From the NCBI GenBank assembly GCA_951406725.2, contig OX597816.1:79174001-79238000 (forward strand): a DNA stretch of 64,000 bases. The letters run 5' to 3'. A program made the translations under genes and the position numbers. Positions 12,584-25,254 of this stretch are shown piece after piece. Position 1 is the first letter of the stretch, and each line of letters starts with the position of its first letter. The notes under the pieces are model-generated. The model had not been told where the DNA came from and ran no database searches. It saw only the letters and a program-made list of their open reading frames with translations. Source of the DNA: Octopus vulgaris. Its lineage: Eukaryota.

Positions 12584-13150
12584 CTACCTGTAACCCGTTG
12601 TGTCACTGACGGTTCAGTTTATAAAACATTGAAGCTGATTTCAATATAGCATTGAAATGAAAGTTAATTCTAAGTTGATTCAGTTATATATTTCAATTCG
12701 TTCGTGTAACCATAGGTCTGGTTTCAAGTTTGTGTTTAAGATTTTATTGATTATATACAGCATCTAATTGAAATAGAACTTTCGGGATAAACTTGAACTC
12801 CAGTAACAGCATTTATTTATGGTATGTGTGCACACTTCTACAAAAATGCAAAAGGAATTGTTATATAATGTAAACATAAAATTAATGGAAACAATTTTCC
12901 CATTTCAGGATCATGTTACTTTCAGAGTATTTCCCACTATGCACCGTTTTGGCTATTTATGAAGGTACCCCACAAAATACCGCCCGTCTCGGAAATCCGT
13001 AGTCCGATTTATACGAAACTTGTTTTATTCTGCTTGTATTCACATTTCAGGGATACTTTTTTTAGAATATTTTCTCATTATTTGCCGGTTCGGCTGTAGT
13101 AAATGACAAACAAGCAAGCAACCAACCACGGAGTTTTAGTAGTAAATAGA
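12584..13150 (-). mobile_element. Non-autonomous Helitron-like element
   Basis: Minus strand A|TCTATTTACTACTAAAAC... to a subterminal hairpin CCGT..ACGG and ..GTAG|T (CTAG decayed); inserted between A and T, no TSD. Confidence 0.6.
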
Positions 13151-13254
13151 TTATTCTCCTTTTGATATTTATCAAGGACACAAATATAAACACGTGAAGT
13201 TAATAATCAGAAACAAATAATGAATATTCGAAATACTGAACTGCTATTTTATCT

Positions 13255-13660
13255 TTTACTTGTTTTAATCCCTGAACAGCGGCCACACTAGGGCACCGCA
13301 TTGAAGAGTTTAGTTGAAAAAACCGACCCCAGTACTTATTTTTTATATCTAGTATTTATTTTATTGGTTTCTTTTGCCGAACCATTTTAGTTGCAGGGAC
13401 ATAAACAAACCCACACAGGTTGTCAAGTATTGGCGGGGGATAATACAAACACAAAGATAAACACACGTATATGCACAGACACAGAGAAAAACATATATGT
13501 GCAACGGGTCTCAACACAGTTTCCACCAACCAAATTCACTCACAAGGGAGTGATCATCCAGGGATAATAGCTGGCGACACTTGCTCAAGTTGTGCCAAGC
13601 AGTGAACCCGAAACCACATGGTTACAAAGCGATCTTCTTAACCACACAGTCATACCTGCT
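13255..13660 (-). mobile_element. tRNA-derived SINE (GGCTGTGTGGT-headed family), near full length, diverged
   Basis: Head gactgtgtggttaagaag...ggtttcgggttcact; tail matches 5455. Confidence 0.75.
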
Positions 13661-13959
13661 TTGAGAAAAAAATCGCACAAAATACATACATGAATAAAAG
13701 AAAAACTACTAAACTGTACGACTTACACTGTGCGTAAGTTCTTGTCTTTGTAATCTATATTTTGAAAAACTATTTCTTTTTTAAGCCAAGAACGAAAACC
13801 TAACAGAGCATGAAGCTGTGTTGAATAACATTGCATTAGGAGAGTAGCAAAGGACAACCAGTAATTTAGGGCAGTGCTTGCTCTAGGTTACTTGTTGTCG
13901 CTCGGCATGTATTTGTTATTTAGCTGGTATCAAAGAAATGATAATAATAATGATAATAA

Positions 13960-14172
13960 TCCATTCTACAGTAGGCACAAGGCCTGCAATTTTCGCAGTG
14001 TGGGATTGTGGATTACATTGACCCGCCAATGCGTACCTGGTACTCATTTCACTGACTCCGAAAGGATGAAAAGCAAAGTCGACCTCGGTGGAATTTGAAC
14101 TCAAAACGTAAGGATGAACGAAATGCCACGAAGCATTTTGCCCGACGTGCTAACGATTCTGCCAGCTCGCTA
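13960..14172 (-). mobile_element. Meta-domain-like SINE
   Basis: Minus strand gcgagctggcagaatcgttagcacgtcgggcaaaatgc...gagttcaaattcc. Confidence 0.8.
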
Positions 14173-14186
14173 CTGCTGATAATAAT

Positions 14187-14260
<74 letters not shown>

Positions 14261-14261
<1 letters not shown>

Positions 14262-14806
14262 CGCCCTGATGCAGTACTAGACAGTGGCTCTCATAGCCTC
14301 TGATCTTAACTGATTGGAAGTTTTATGGATATTGTTTTGTCTTGGTATAAAAGATGGGCTACAGCAAATATTCTGCTCAATACCACAGATTTGCTTGTCA
14401 GTTGTTTGACCATAACCAGTTGAGCATGTCCCTTAGTGGCTGACGATATGTGCATCTCTGATTACGAGCAGAAGTAGTGGGGGAGCATCACAGCCATGTG
14501 TTGAGAGGGATTCTTAGGGTTTTGAATAATTCACTTCTGGAAACATGGGTGTTTCGTTTAACATCCTTAAACAACCCTTATTCAGGGACCTTTTGAGTAG
14601 GATAGGTTACTTAACCAGAAGAAAATTCTAACTGGGCCCCACCTGCAAGGTCATATGCTGTTTATCTTGATCTCCATGTTGCCCACCTATGGTTGTGATG
14701 CATGTGCCTGGTGTACCCTTATCAGACGGGTAGTCATGATGGGTATACTGGGCTTCGTATATTTTACCCCAGTGTCACTTTGATGGCATGCACTGCTCTC
14801 TCACTC
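14261..14806 (+). mobile_element. Full copy of the ~550-bp (AAT)n-associated element
   Basis: Colinear with 10664-11216; (AAT)n on both sides. Confidence 0.9.
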
Positions 14807-14830
14807 AATAATAATAATAATAATAATAAT

Positions 14831-14862
<32 letters not shown>

Positions 14863-14863
<1 letters not shown>

Positions 14864-15078
14864 CCTTTCTACTATAGGCACAAGGCCTGAAATTTGGGGA
14901 AGGTGGGGCCAGCCGATTAAATCAACTCCAATACGCAACTAGTATTTAATCTATCGACCCCGAAAGGGAGGAAAAGTAAAGTCGACCTTGGTGGAATTTG
15001 AATTCAGAACGTAAAGACGGACGAAATATCGCTAAGCATTTCGCCCGGAGTGCTAACGATTCTGCCAGCTCACCGTCT
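14863..15078 (-). mobile_element. Meta-domain-like SINE
   Basis: Same head, body and tail as 24464-24665. Confidence 0.8.
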
Positions 15079-15359
15079 TATACTAATAACTAGCGTGAAT
15101 ATTTCACAGAATTAATGGAAAACCTATTGGGTTATTTCTGAAAACTTTATCCAAAATACCTAAAAGCGTAGCCTCTGTTTTGTCTGTATGGAAATATAGT
15201 CACTCATCTGCTACTCATTGAAAAGTGAAAGAAATTGGAATACGATGGTTTCTTAATGCCTTTAACATACTTTATGCACGAGTTTATAGACAGCACTCAT
15301 AAAATAAATATCCACTCTTATTTTGCCATTTTTCCCATAAACAAAAAGAAAGAAGAACT

Positions 15360-16760
15360 ATCCCGGGATTGCGCACTTTTGCGCTTCCCTAACCAGACTA
15401 CCGACGACTAGTGCCAACCTTTTAGCTAACACCTTGGCCAAAATCTAAAACTCTTTGTTTAACAGTTATGGATCGAAAATTCCTTCGTACGTCCCCATTG
15501 TTGGTATTCTTTCTCAACAGCGTTACCACATCCCGGCTAACAGCACTAGGAATTCTCCCATTCAGCTGCCAGCTACGGTAGACGTCTGCCAAGAATCCGC
15601 CTTGACATGAACTCATAGAATTCATTGGGCAGACCATCCTAACCGAGTGATTAGTGACAAGTGCAATCGCTCACTACTCCAGTATTTCAGCGGCTGTTAT
15701 CGGCTTTTCCCTGAACCTCACGAGAGCCGCGGAAGGTAGTCCAAATACGAACTAAAGCCAGCTATCGTTGTCGAGTCATCGGCTTTCTCAAACAGCAGCA
15801 CGATATGCTGCTGGTAGGTCGCACACATCTTCTCGGAACTGAGTAGCGCGCACCCGTCCCGATCCATCAGTGATTTTGTTGCCACGTCGTGTTTCCACCG
15901 TTTGGGCCCATCGGACAGTTTTAGTTCCTTCGTGTTTGAGTACACGGGCCTTAGCTCTGACAGCTCAATCTTGGTCGAATAAACGGTCAAGGGCCATTCT
16001 CGCTGCTAGAACGTCGGTCGCGATGCCACTGCTAGTTTGGTTACTAATTTTCTCTGTAATCTATTTCTATTGTTCGCTTTTTGCTAAACGCTAATTGCCC
16101 TCTTCAAGGCGAACTACCACCGGCTGTTGACGATTGTTACCGTCAACTGCCGCTTAACAACAAGTTCACTAAACCGGTCTCTAGTTCTGCGTGCCGGTAA
16201 GGACACGTTCAACTTCCAGTAACTAGGTCCCTGTCTACGGCTCTACAGGTCCCTATCTACAGCTCATAGATTTGTGAAACCCACTAATTTGACTTGTGGA
16301 TAACCTACACTATCCCTATTCACTGACCCCAAAAATACTCTGTGTATGATCTAGATGACCTGTCATCGTTGCTCTATATCCACTATTGCATATCAAGGAA
16401 AATTAGTTGGTACCTGTCAGGTAACTGGAAGTTTCTGAGCGTGGTTTCAAGGCTTTTACATCCCTTCTGCTATGTACTAGCTTCACACAGTCCTTCCGAG
16501 TGTCCAAAATACTTTTGCAATCCTCCATTAATACTAAAGTGTGAGACGTTCCCAGGAATGTTTCTAGACGTCTCAAGAAACCTGACCTTCCGAACCTTGT
16601 CGAAGCATAAATGGCCACCAGTCTAAAGGCACCGCCTTCACCGTCACTCACGTCCAGGATTATCATCTTATAGTCCAGGTCGAAGATGATTTCCCGTACT
16701 TTGGGATCGAAGGATTTCCAGAATCTATACACTTCTACACACTTCATTGAGGCCAGTTTA
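15360..16760 (-). pseudogene. L1/Tx1-clade ORF2 fragment (APE endonuclease to start of RT)
   Basis: ILDVSDGEGGAFRLVAIYASTRFGRSGFLRRLETFL (APE) and GRIPSAVSRDVVTLLRK...NFRSIT (RT start), multiple frameshifts. Confidence 0.8.
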
Positions 16761-16924
16761 TAACTTCAGAGAAGCGGTAAGCATGTGATAGGTCTCTAGT
16801 TATTGACTAACCCAACCCTTTCTTTTTTTTTTGTCCTTGTGTATAAGGACGGTCTTTCCTTTTGTCATCCATATTGCTGTTCCACTTTTTCTACTGTCAG
16901 TAAAAGAATTCCCGACAGAATATC

Positions 16925-17770
16925 TCGTAGATAAGAAAGTTAACAAGATACTTAAGAAATTACCGAATTGGAAAGCCTCCAGACCAGACGGTGTTCGGGG
17001 ATTCTGGCTCAAAAATCTCTCAAGTATACACCGCCATAAGCAGCTGTTTCTTACCGATAGTAAATGAGGTATGAATAAAATAAAAAAAAGAATCTTGTCG
17101 TAGCCTGGATAGACTACAGAATGTGTGGTAAGAGGGTCGAAAGCGTGACTCACATTGTTAGTGTTTGTGATAGTCTTGCGCAGAAAGAATACAAACGCAG
17201 ACACGACAAGGTAGTCTAAAACATTCGCTAGCTACTAAGCCGGAAGTATGGATACGAGGTAACGGGTGCATGATACCAACATACACCGGAAAAGGTAATG
17301 GACGGAAAGGAGAAGGCAAAAGTCCTTTGGGACTTTGAATTCCAGACAGACAAGGTGTTAGAGCACAGAATGCCGGATATAGTAACCTTTAGGGAGGACA
17401 AACAAGAGTGCCTAATAATCGACGTGGCAGTACCAGGAGATCAACATATTATCATGAAAGAAAGAGAAAAGATTGTTAAATACGGAGACCTGAGAATTGA
17501 GATCGCCAAGATGTAGCAGCTACAAAGTTGTCCCTATTGTCATCGGAGCATTGGGTTCAATATCACCCAACCTGAAGAAACAACTGGAAACTTTAGAAAT
17601 ACCCTGCAGTCTAAGTATATTGCAGAAATCGGTATTATTTGGAACTGCACACACTGCTTCAAGTACTGTCAGTCTTAGGTCCTTCTTGTGACATGACAGA
17701 CAGTACAAACCCCTGGCAGACACTATATCTTCAATCAACATCACGATATTGGATACTGCGCGACGTCTTA
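16925..17770 (+). mobile_element. Internally deleted R4/Dong-type element
   Basis: LPNWKASRPDGVRGFWLK followed by VLWDFEFQTDKVLEHRMPDIV...IIDVAVPGD...EKIVKY...VVPIVIGALG...QKSVLFGTAH; 3' end at (CTA)n(AAT)n. Confidence 0.88.
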
Positions 17771-19790
<2,020 letters not shown>

Positions 19791-20059
19791 AGGAATTATG
19801 ACAGGAATTACGAAAAATGTAAAATAAGTGTAAATGTGGAAATTTGAAATATTATCTGGACCGTTCTACGTTTCTTCCTAGACAGAAAAATCGCGTTTTG
19901 CTTGTTCGTAACTGGTTAAAACAAGAGGGAAAAAATGGAAAATAGAAGAGAAAGGAAAAGAGGGAAGAGAATAATGGGAAAGAACATGCTGCATAAAACT
20001 AATGGAACTCTCCTGTCATTTTTCACCCCTCCAAGGTATGGTGCTAATAACACACAAAG

Positions 20060-20234
20060 AAACAAGTATGAAAAGTGCAAGCGCAGAATCTTAGAATATT
20101 CTCAAGTTTTGAACATGGAAAAGTACAGAACAAGCAGCAATTAAGCCTGGAAAAATACAGGACAAGAAGGAAAAAAACTTAAAATATTGCTGCTGAAGTT
20201 AGAATTTAAAATCTAAAGTACTAATAAGTACCCT

Positions 20235-20301
<67 letters not shown>

Positions 20302-21168
20302 TTTATTTTCACTTAAAAGTTTAAAGTAAAATACTCAAGAAGCTATTTATTTTCAGAGTAGTTGAATACTGTCAACTTAATGTGACAGTCCCATGAAGGG
20401 AATCACACCACCGCTATTTAGCCCTAGGAAGCATCAACGCTTCCTGTCGGCCTTGACACATTTCCTGTGTCCTTATGCTTACAAGGGAGAGATAAGCACC
20501 CTCACCCAGCTAAGTCTGCATCCAGAGACTAGTTTCTGAGTCTTGCTCGTCATCAGTCTGGAGTAGCATGGCTTGCTAGCTGCAGATGCTTGTCTAGACC
20601 TCGTAAACATATAATTCCAGTGAAATAAATCCACTGATCACAAAGTAATATTTCTATATCTATTTTCAATTTTAGTGAAAAGACAATTTGCCTGCAAGTT
20701 TACACATTAAAAAGTTGATATTGCAAACATATATTTTTAAAAAGTGACATAATAGCAGTTTAAGCAAAATTGAGAATTATAACCTCAGGGCTTTCATTTT
20801 TCTTTTTTTTAATATTTTTCTAAATGTAAATACTTTGTTATCTGACAGTGAAAGCTTTAAAAAAATTCTTTTGTTTCTTTAAAGAAAATGTTATTATATT
20901 CTTTTGAATTACATATATTCTTAAATTTTTAAAAATTGCGATGAAAAGTAAAGGAATATAAAAAAAAAAAAAAACAGTGCACACACTATTTGATGAACAA
21001 TTCCTGAAATTTACTTAGCAAATTCTAACTTCAGCAGTAATATTTTAATTTTATTTTTCTTCCTGTCCTGTATTTTTCCAGGCTTAATTGCTGCTTGTTC
21101 TGTACTTTTCCATGTTCGATATTTACGAATATTTTAGGAATTCTGAGCTTGCATTTTTCACTCTTGTC
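20060..21168. repeat. ~150-bp inverted repeat pair (20060-20207 / 21020-21168), possible foldback element
   Basis: gaacatggaaaagtacagaacaagcagcaattaagcctggaaaaatacaggaca is the exact reverse complement of 21065-21118. Confidence 0.85.
20521..20562 (-). ncRNA. Minimal type I hammerhead ribozyme motif
   Basis: Minus strand TCCAGA-CTGATGA-cGAGcaagaCTCa-GAAA-CTAGTC-TCTGGA: perfect 6-bp stem I, intact CUGANGA and GAAA, palindromic stem III (ACTAGT), GUC triplet; base of stem II is a C.A mismatch. Confidence 0.8.
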
Positions 21169-21459
21169 CATTTTTACCCAAAAAGCGATTCTATTGTTAT
21201 AATTAATTATATTTACATTCATTATAGAAAAAAAATGATACTGTTGTATATATACTTTAAAAACACATTTTGTTCAAACTTGGAAATTTTGTTTGCGCCT
21301 AAAAATAACAAAGGATTAATAACAACATTTATGTTATAAATTAATGTTTTTAAACAATTTTTATTATAAAATGTTATATTGTGATTAAATAATTATTAAT
21401 TAAATTTTTAATAATTGAAATTTTAATTTTTATGCTTTTAATAAGTACTTATTTTAAGA

Positions 21460-21975
21460 CATACCAAGGAATACCAAGCATGTTTGCACTCCTCACGCAA
21501 AGACGTATGAGATGGCTTGGGCATGTTAGCCGTATGAAAGATGGCAGAATCCCCAAGGACATACTCTACGGAGAGCTTGCTAGGGATACTAGGTCTGTGG
21601 GTAGACCGTTCTTACGTTACAAGGATGTTTGCAAAAGGGACATGAAGGCCTGCAACATCAACATTAGCGGTTGGGAGGCAGTTGCCGGCAACCGTGGAGA
21701 CTGGCGACGTACCGTAAAAGAGGGAATACAAAGGAGTGACAGAGAGAGAGAGGAGAAATGGAAAGACAAGAAAAGACGTCAACAAGAAACTATGGCATTA
21801 CAACCAGCCAGGAACAGTCTTCGCTACATTTGCGGTACCTGCCAGAGGGAGTGTTAGTCCAGGATAGGACTACACAGCCACAGCAGGAAATGTATCAGGA
21901 CATGAAATGTAAAAGCCTGACTAGACTACTTTATGCGCAACTCCATTGTCTCCCGAGACAAAAAGGATGCCAACT
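21460..21975 (+). mobile_element. RTE-clade LINE 3' end
   Basis: RRMRWLGHVSRMKDGRIPKDILYGEL...GRPFLRYKD...YICGTCQREC*SRIGLHSH; tail ccattgtctcccgagac. Confidence 0.9.
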
Positions 21976-22122
21976 CAACTCGCCAATTTTAAGACATAAA
22001 CAGAATAATAAGAGCAAATATGAAATGGCGAAAAGTCATAACTTATTGTTGTGCTTAATATTTTCAGATGTGGTGTTCTCCAAAATATTCATCGTAATGA
22101 ACTCTTGAAATAATGATAATGA

Positions 22123-22179
<57 letters not shown>

Positions 22180-22301
22180 GAAATAATAATGAAATAATTC
22201 TTCTTAAAAAGACAAAATTATTTTGATTTCTTACAATTATCACCTTTTTTTCTTCGTCTAAAGTCAACTAACGTTTTTTGTAGTCAATATTTTTAAACAA
22301 G

Positions 22302-22921
22302 AAGGCTGGCAGAAACGTTAGCACGCCGGGTGAAATGCGTAGCCGTATTTCGTCTGCCGCTACGTTCTGAGATCAAATTCCGCCGAGGTCGACTTTGCCT
22401 TTTATCCTTTCGGGATCGATTAAATAAGTACCAGTTACGCACTGGGGTCGATGTAATCCCTTTGTTGGTTTCCCTTATGTTTAGCCCCCTGTGGGCAATA
22501 AAGAAATAAATATTTTTTGACAAGAAGGCGGCGAGCTGGCAGAAACGTTAGCGCGCCGGGCGAAATGCGTAGCCGTATTTCGTTTGCTGTTACGTTCTGA
22601 GTTTAAATTCCGCCGAGGTCGACTTTGCCTTTCATCCTTTCGGGGTCGATTAAATAAGTACCAGTTACGCACTGGAGTCGATATAAACGACTTAATCCGT
22701 TTGTCTGTCCTTGTTTGTCCTCTCTGTGTTTAGCCCCTTGTGGGTAGTAAAGAAATAGGTATCTCGTCTGTCTTTACGTTCTGAGTTCAAATTCCGCCGA
22801 GGTCGACTTTGCTTTTTATCCTTTCAAAGTCGATAAATTGAGTACCAGTTGCGATCTACGGCCGATCTAATCGGGTGGCTTCCTCCCCCAAAATTTCGGG
22901 CCTTGTGCCTGAGTAGAAAAG
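22302..22921 (+). mobile_element. Two adjacent SINEs (monomer 22302-22508; dimer 22525-22921)
   Basis: ggcggcgagctggcagaaacgttagc head, gagttYaaattcc B-box-like motif; flank aatattttttgacaag present three times. Confidence 0.88.
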
Positions 22922-22984
22922 AATATTTTTTGACAAGGTTTCCAACATATTCTTCTCATGAAGCCCTTTCCTCTGAAATAAACC

Positions 22985-24740
22985 GCGAACGCAGAATAGT
23001 TGTGGAAACAACTTAGACAATAGGCTAAATAGCCTTAGAAAGCGATGTGGGGAAGGGTGACCCGCAAGCCGCTACAGTGTATCGAAACTCCTAACTCTCA
23101 AACTCAAACTCCATAAAGCTAAGCGGCTCTATGAGCTAAGCGACCCATAAGTACCGTATTTTATAATGCTAAATATCTTAAAATGCAAAAATAATTTTAT
23201 TTGTTAAAACGATCACTTTCTTCATTACTTAAAGCCACACTAGCTAATATTTTTTGACGAAGTTTTCACCATAAGATTCGTCTCATAGAACTCTTCCATT
23301 AGAATACAATTATTGTAGAGTTTCTTTTACAATTGCTGAGATATTTTCATTCAAAGTCAATTTGGGGGGTTCCTTACCGTAATTTTCGTCACTTAAAGTC
23401 GCACTACCTTTTTGTAGCTAAAACATTTTAACGGTATTTTCATCAAAAAATTCTTCTCAATGACCACTTTCTTTTAAACCAAATTATTATATATTTTTCC
23501 TTTACAATAACTGAGATATTTTGAGTCAAATTCAACTTTTCGCATTTCTCTCCCATTTTTGACGTCACATAGTTTGATCTAACTTATTTTAATGAACCAA
23601 ATTTCAATTATTTTATCTCAAAAATGTATCTTAGGACTGGATGATAATTGCTACAAAACGGCATTCAACTTGGTTCGAATTAGTAATGAAGCCTAGAAGT
23701 GCTTGCGAGTAACTAAAAATTAGCTTTAAGAATATATTCACCCAATACTGTAGGCGAATGTTAAAGAGATGGCATTGAATTTGGTTGTGAATTTGGAAGT
23801 GAATTAAGGACAAAGCCTAGATGAGCTTGTTAGTCACTAAAATTTGGTCATGAGAAAACTCAGTCGGTGTTTTACAAAAAACAAAAAATTCGAACGCAGA
23901 ATAGTGAAAACAGCTTAGATCGGCTAAATACCCTTAGAAAAAGAAGTGGCTTGCAAGTTGATACAAGTAATCGAACCTAGCACCTCCAGAACTCCGGTGA
24001 AGCGCTCTGCACCATTAAGTTAAGTGAATCTTGTAATGAGGTGCCATATTTATTATGCTAAATATCATAAGAGGACTAAAATATTTTGATTTGTTAAAAC
24101 GTTAACCATTTTTCTGTCACTTAAAGCAACATTATTTTTTTCTAGCTAGTTATTTTTTAACAAGGTTTTCGCGAAGAGCTCTTTCATTTGAACACAATTA
24201 TTGTAGAATTTTCTTTTACAATAGCTGAGATATTTTCATTCAAAGTCAATTTTGGGTGGTTATTTACCATATTTTTCGTTACTTAAAGTCACTCTACATT
24301 TTTCGTAGGTAATACATTTTAACGATATTTTCATCAAATGATTCTTCTCAATGAGCACATTCTTTTAAACTCAACATATATTTTCCTTTTAAAATAACTG
24401 ATATTGTGATTCAACTTTAACTTTTCATCTTACTCTCCCATTTTTGAGAACTGAATTAGTATTCTTTTCTACTCTAGGCACAAGGCCCGAAATTTTGGGG
24501 GAGGGAGCCAGTCGATTAGATCGACCCCAGTACGAAGTGATACTTAATTTATCGACTCCGAAAGGCAAAGTCGACCTCGGCGGAATTTGAACTCAGAACG
24601 TAAAGATAGACGAAATGCTTCTAAGAATTTCGCCGGCGTGCTAACGTTTCTACCAGCTCGCTGCCTTGAGAACTGTATTAGTATTGAAGCCTAGAAGTGC
24701 TCGCGAGTAACTAAAAGTTGACATCAATATATTCACCCAC
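22985..24740. repeat. Diverged ~900-bp tandem unit (two copies plus upstream partial) with a minus-strand tRNA-like segment
   Basis: Both units start cgaacgcagaatagt and share ttttacaatWgctgagatattttcattcaaagtcaattt and gaagcctagaagtgctYgcgagtaactaaaa. Confidence 0.8.
24464..24665 (-). mobile_element. Meta-domain-like SINE with 20-bp TSD
   Basis: TSD ttgagaactgWattagtatt at 24444-24463 and 24666-24685. Confidence 0.88.
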
Positions 24741-24780
24741 TGTCGTGGGATAAATGATAACGTAAATGCTGGAACACGCA

Positions 24781-24827
<47 letters not shown>

Positions 24828-25254
24828 CAAATTAATTTAGATTCAACACAGACAAAATTCAGTAGAGTCAGAATATTATCTGAGTATGTGTACTTTTAGG
24901 CATTCGTTAAAGTTATAGTCGTTTGATTTAAAATACTTTGAGATGACAAGAGCATCAGTTGCTTTTGTTTTCTAGAACGTGACTGTACCGTGAATAGCAA
25001 GCAGAACTTTGAGACACACAGTAACATCTCGAGAAGTCATTAGGAGGGAAAAATGAATTAGGATCTGAAAACGCTCCACATTCATCATTACAATGCATGA
25101 TCGCATATATTCTCGGTAGTAAGTGAAGCAATTGGCAAATTGGGCAGGTCAGTAGCATCCTATCTATCGTACAGCCTGGACTTGGCACTCTCACTTCCAC
25201 CTATTCGGTCCAACGAATGACAGTTTTGGGAGACAACGATTTGATGGCATAAAT

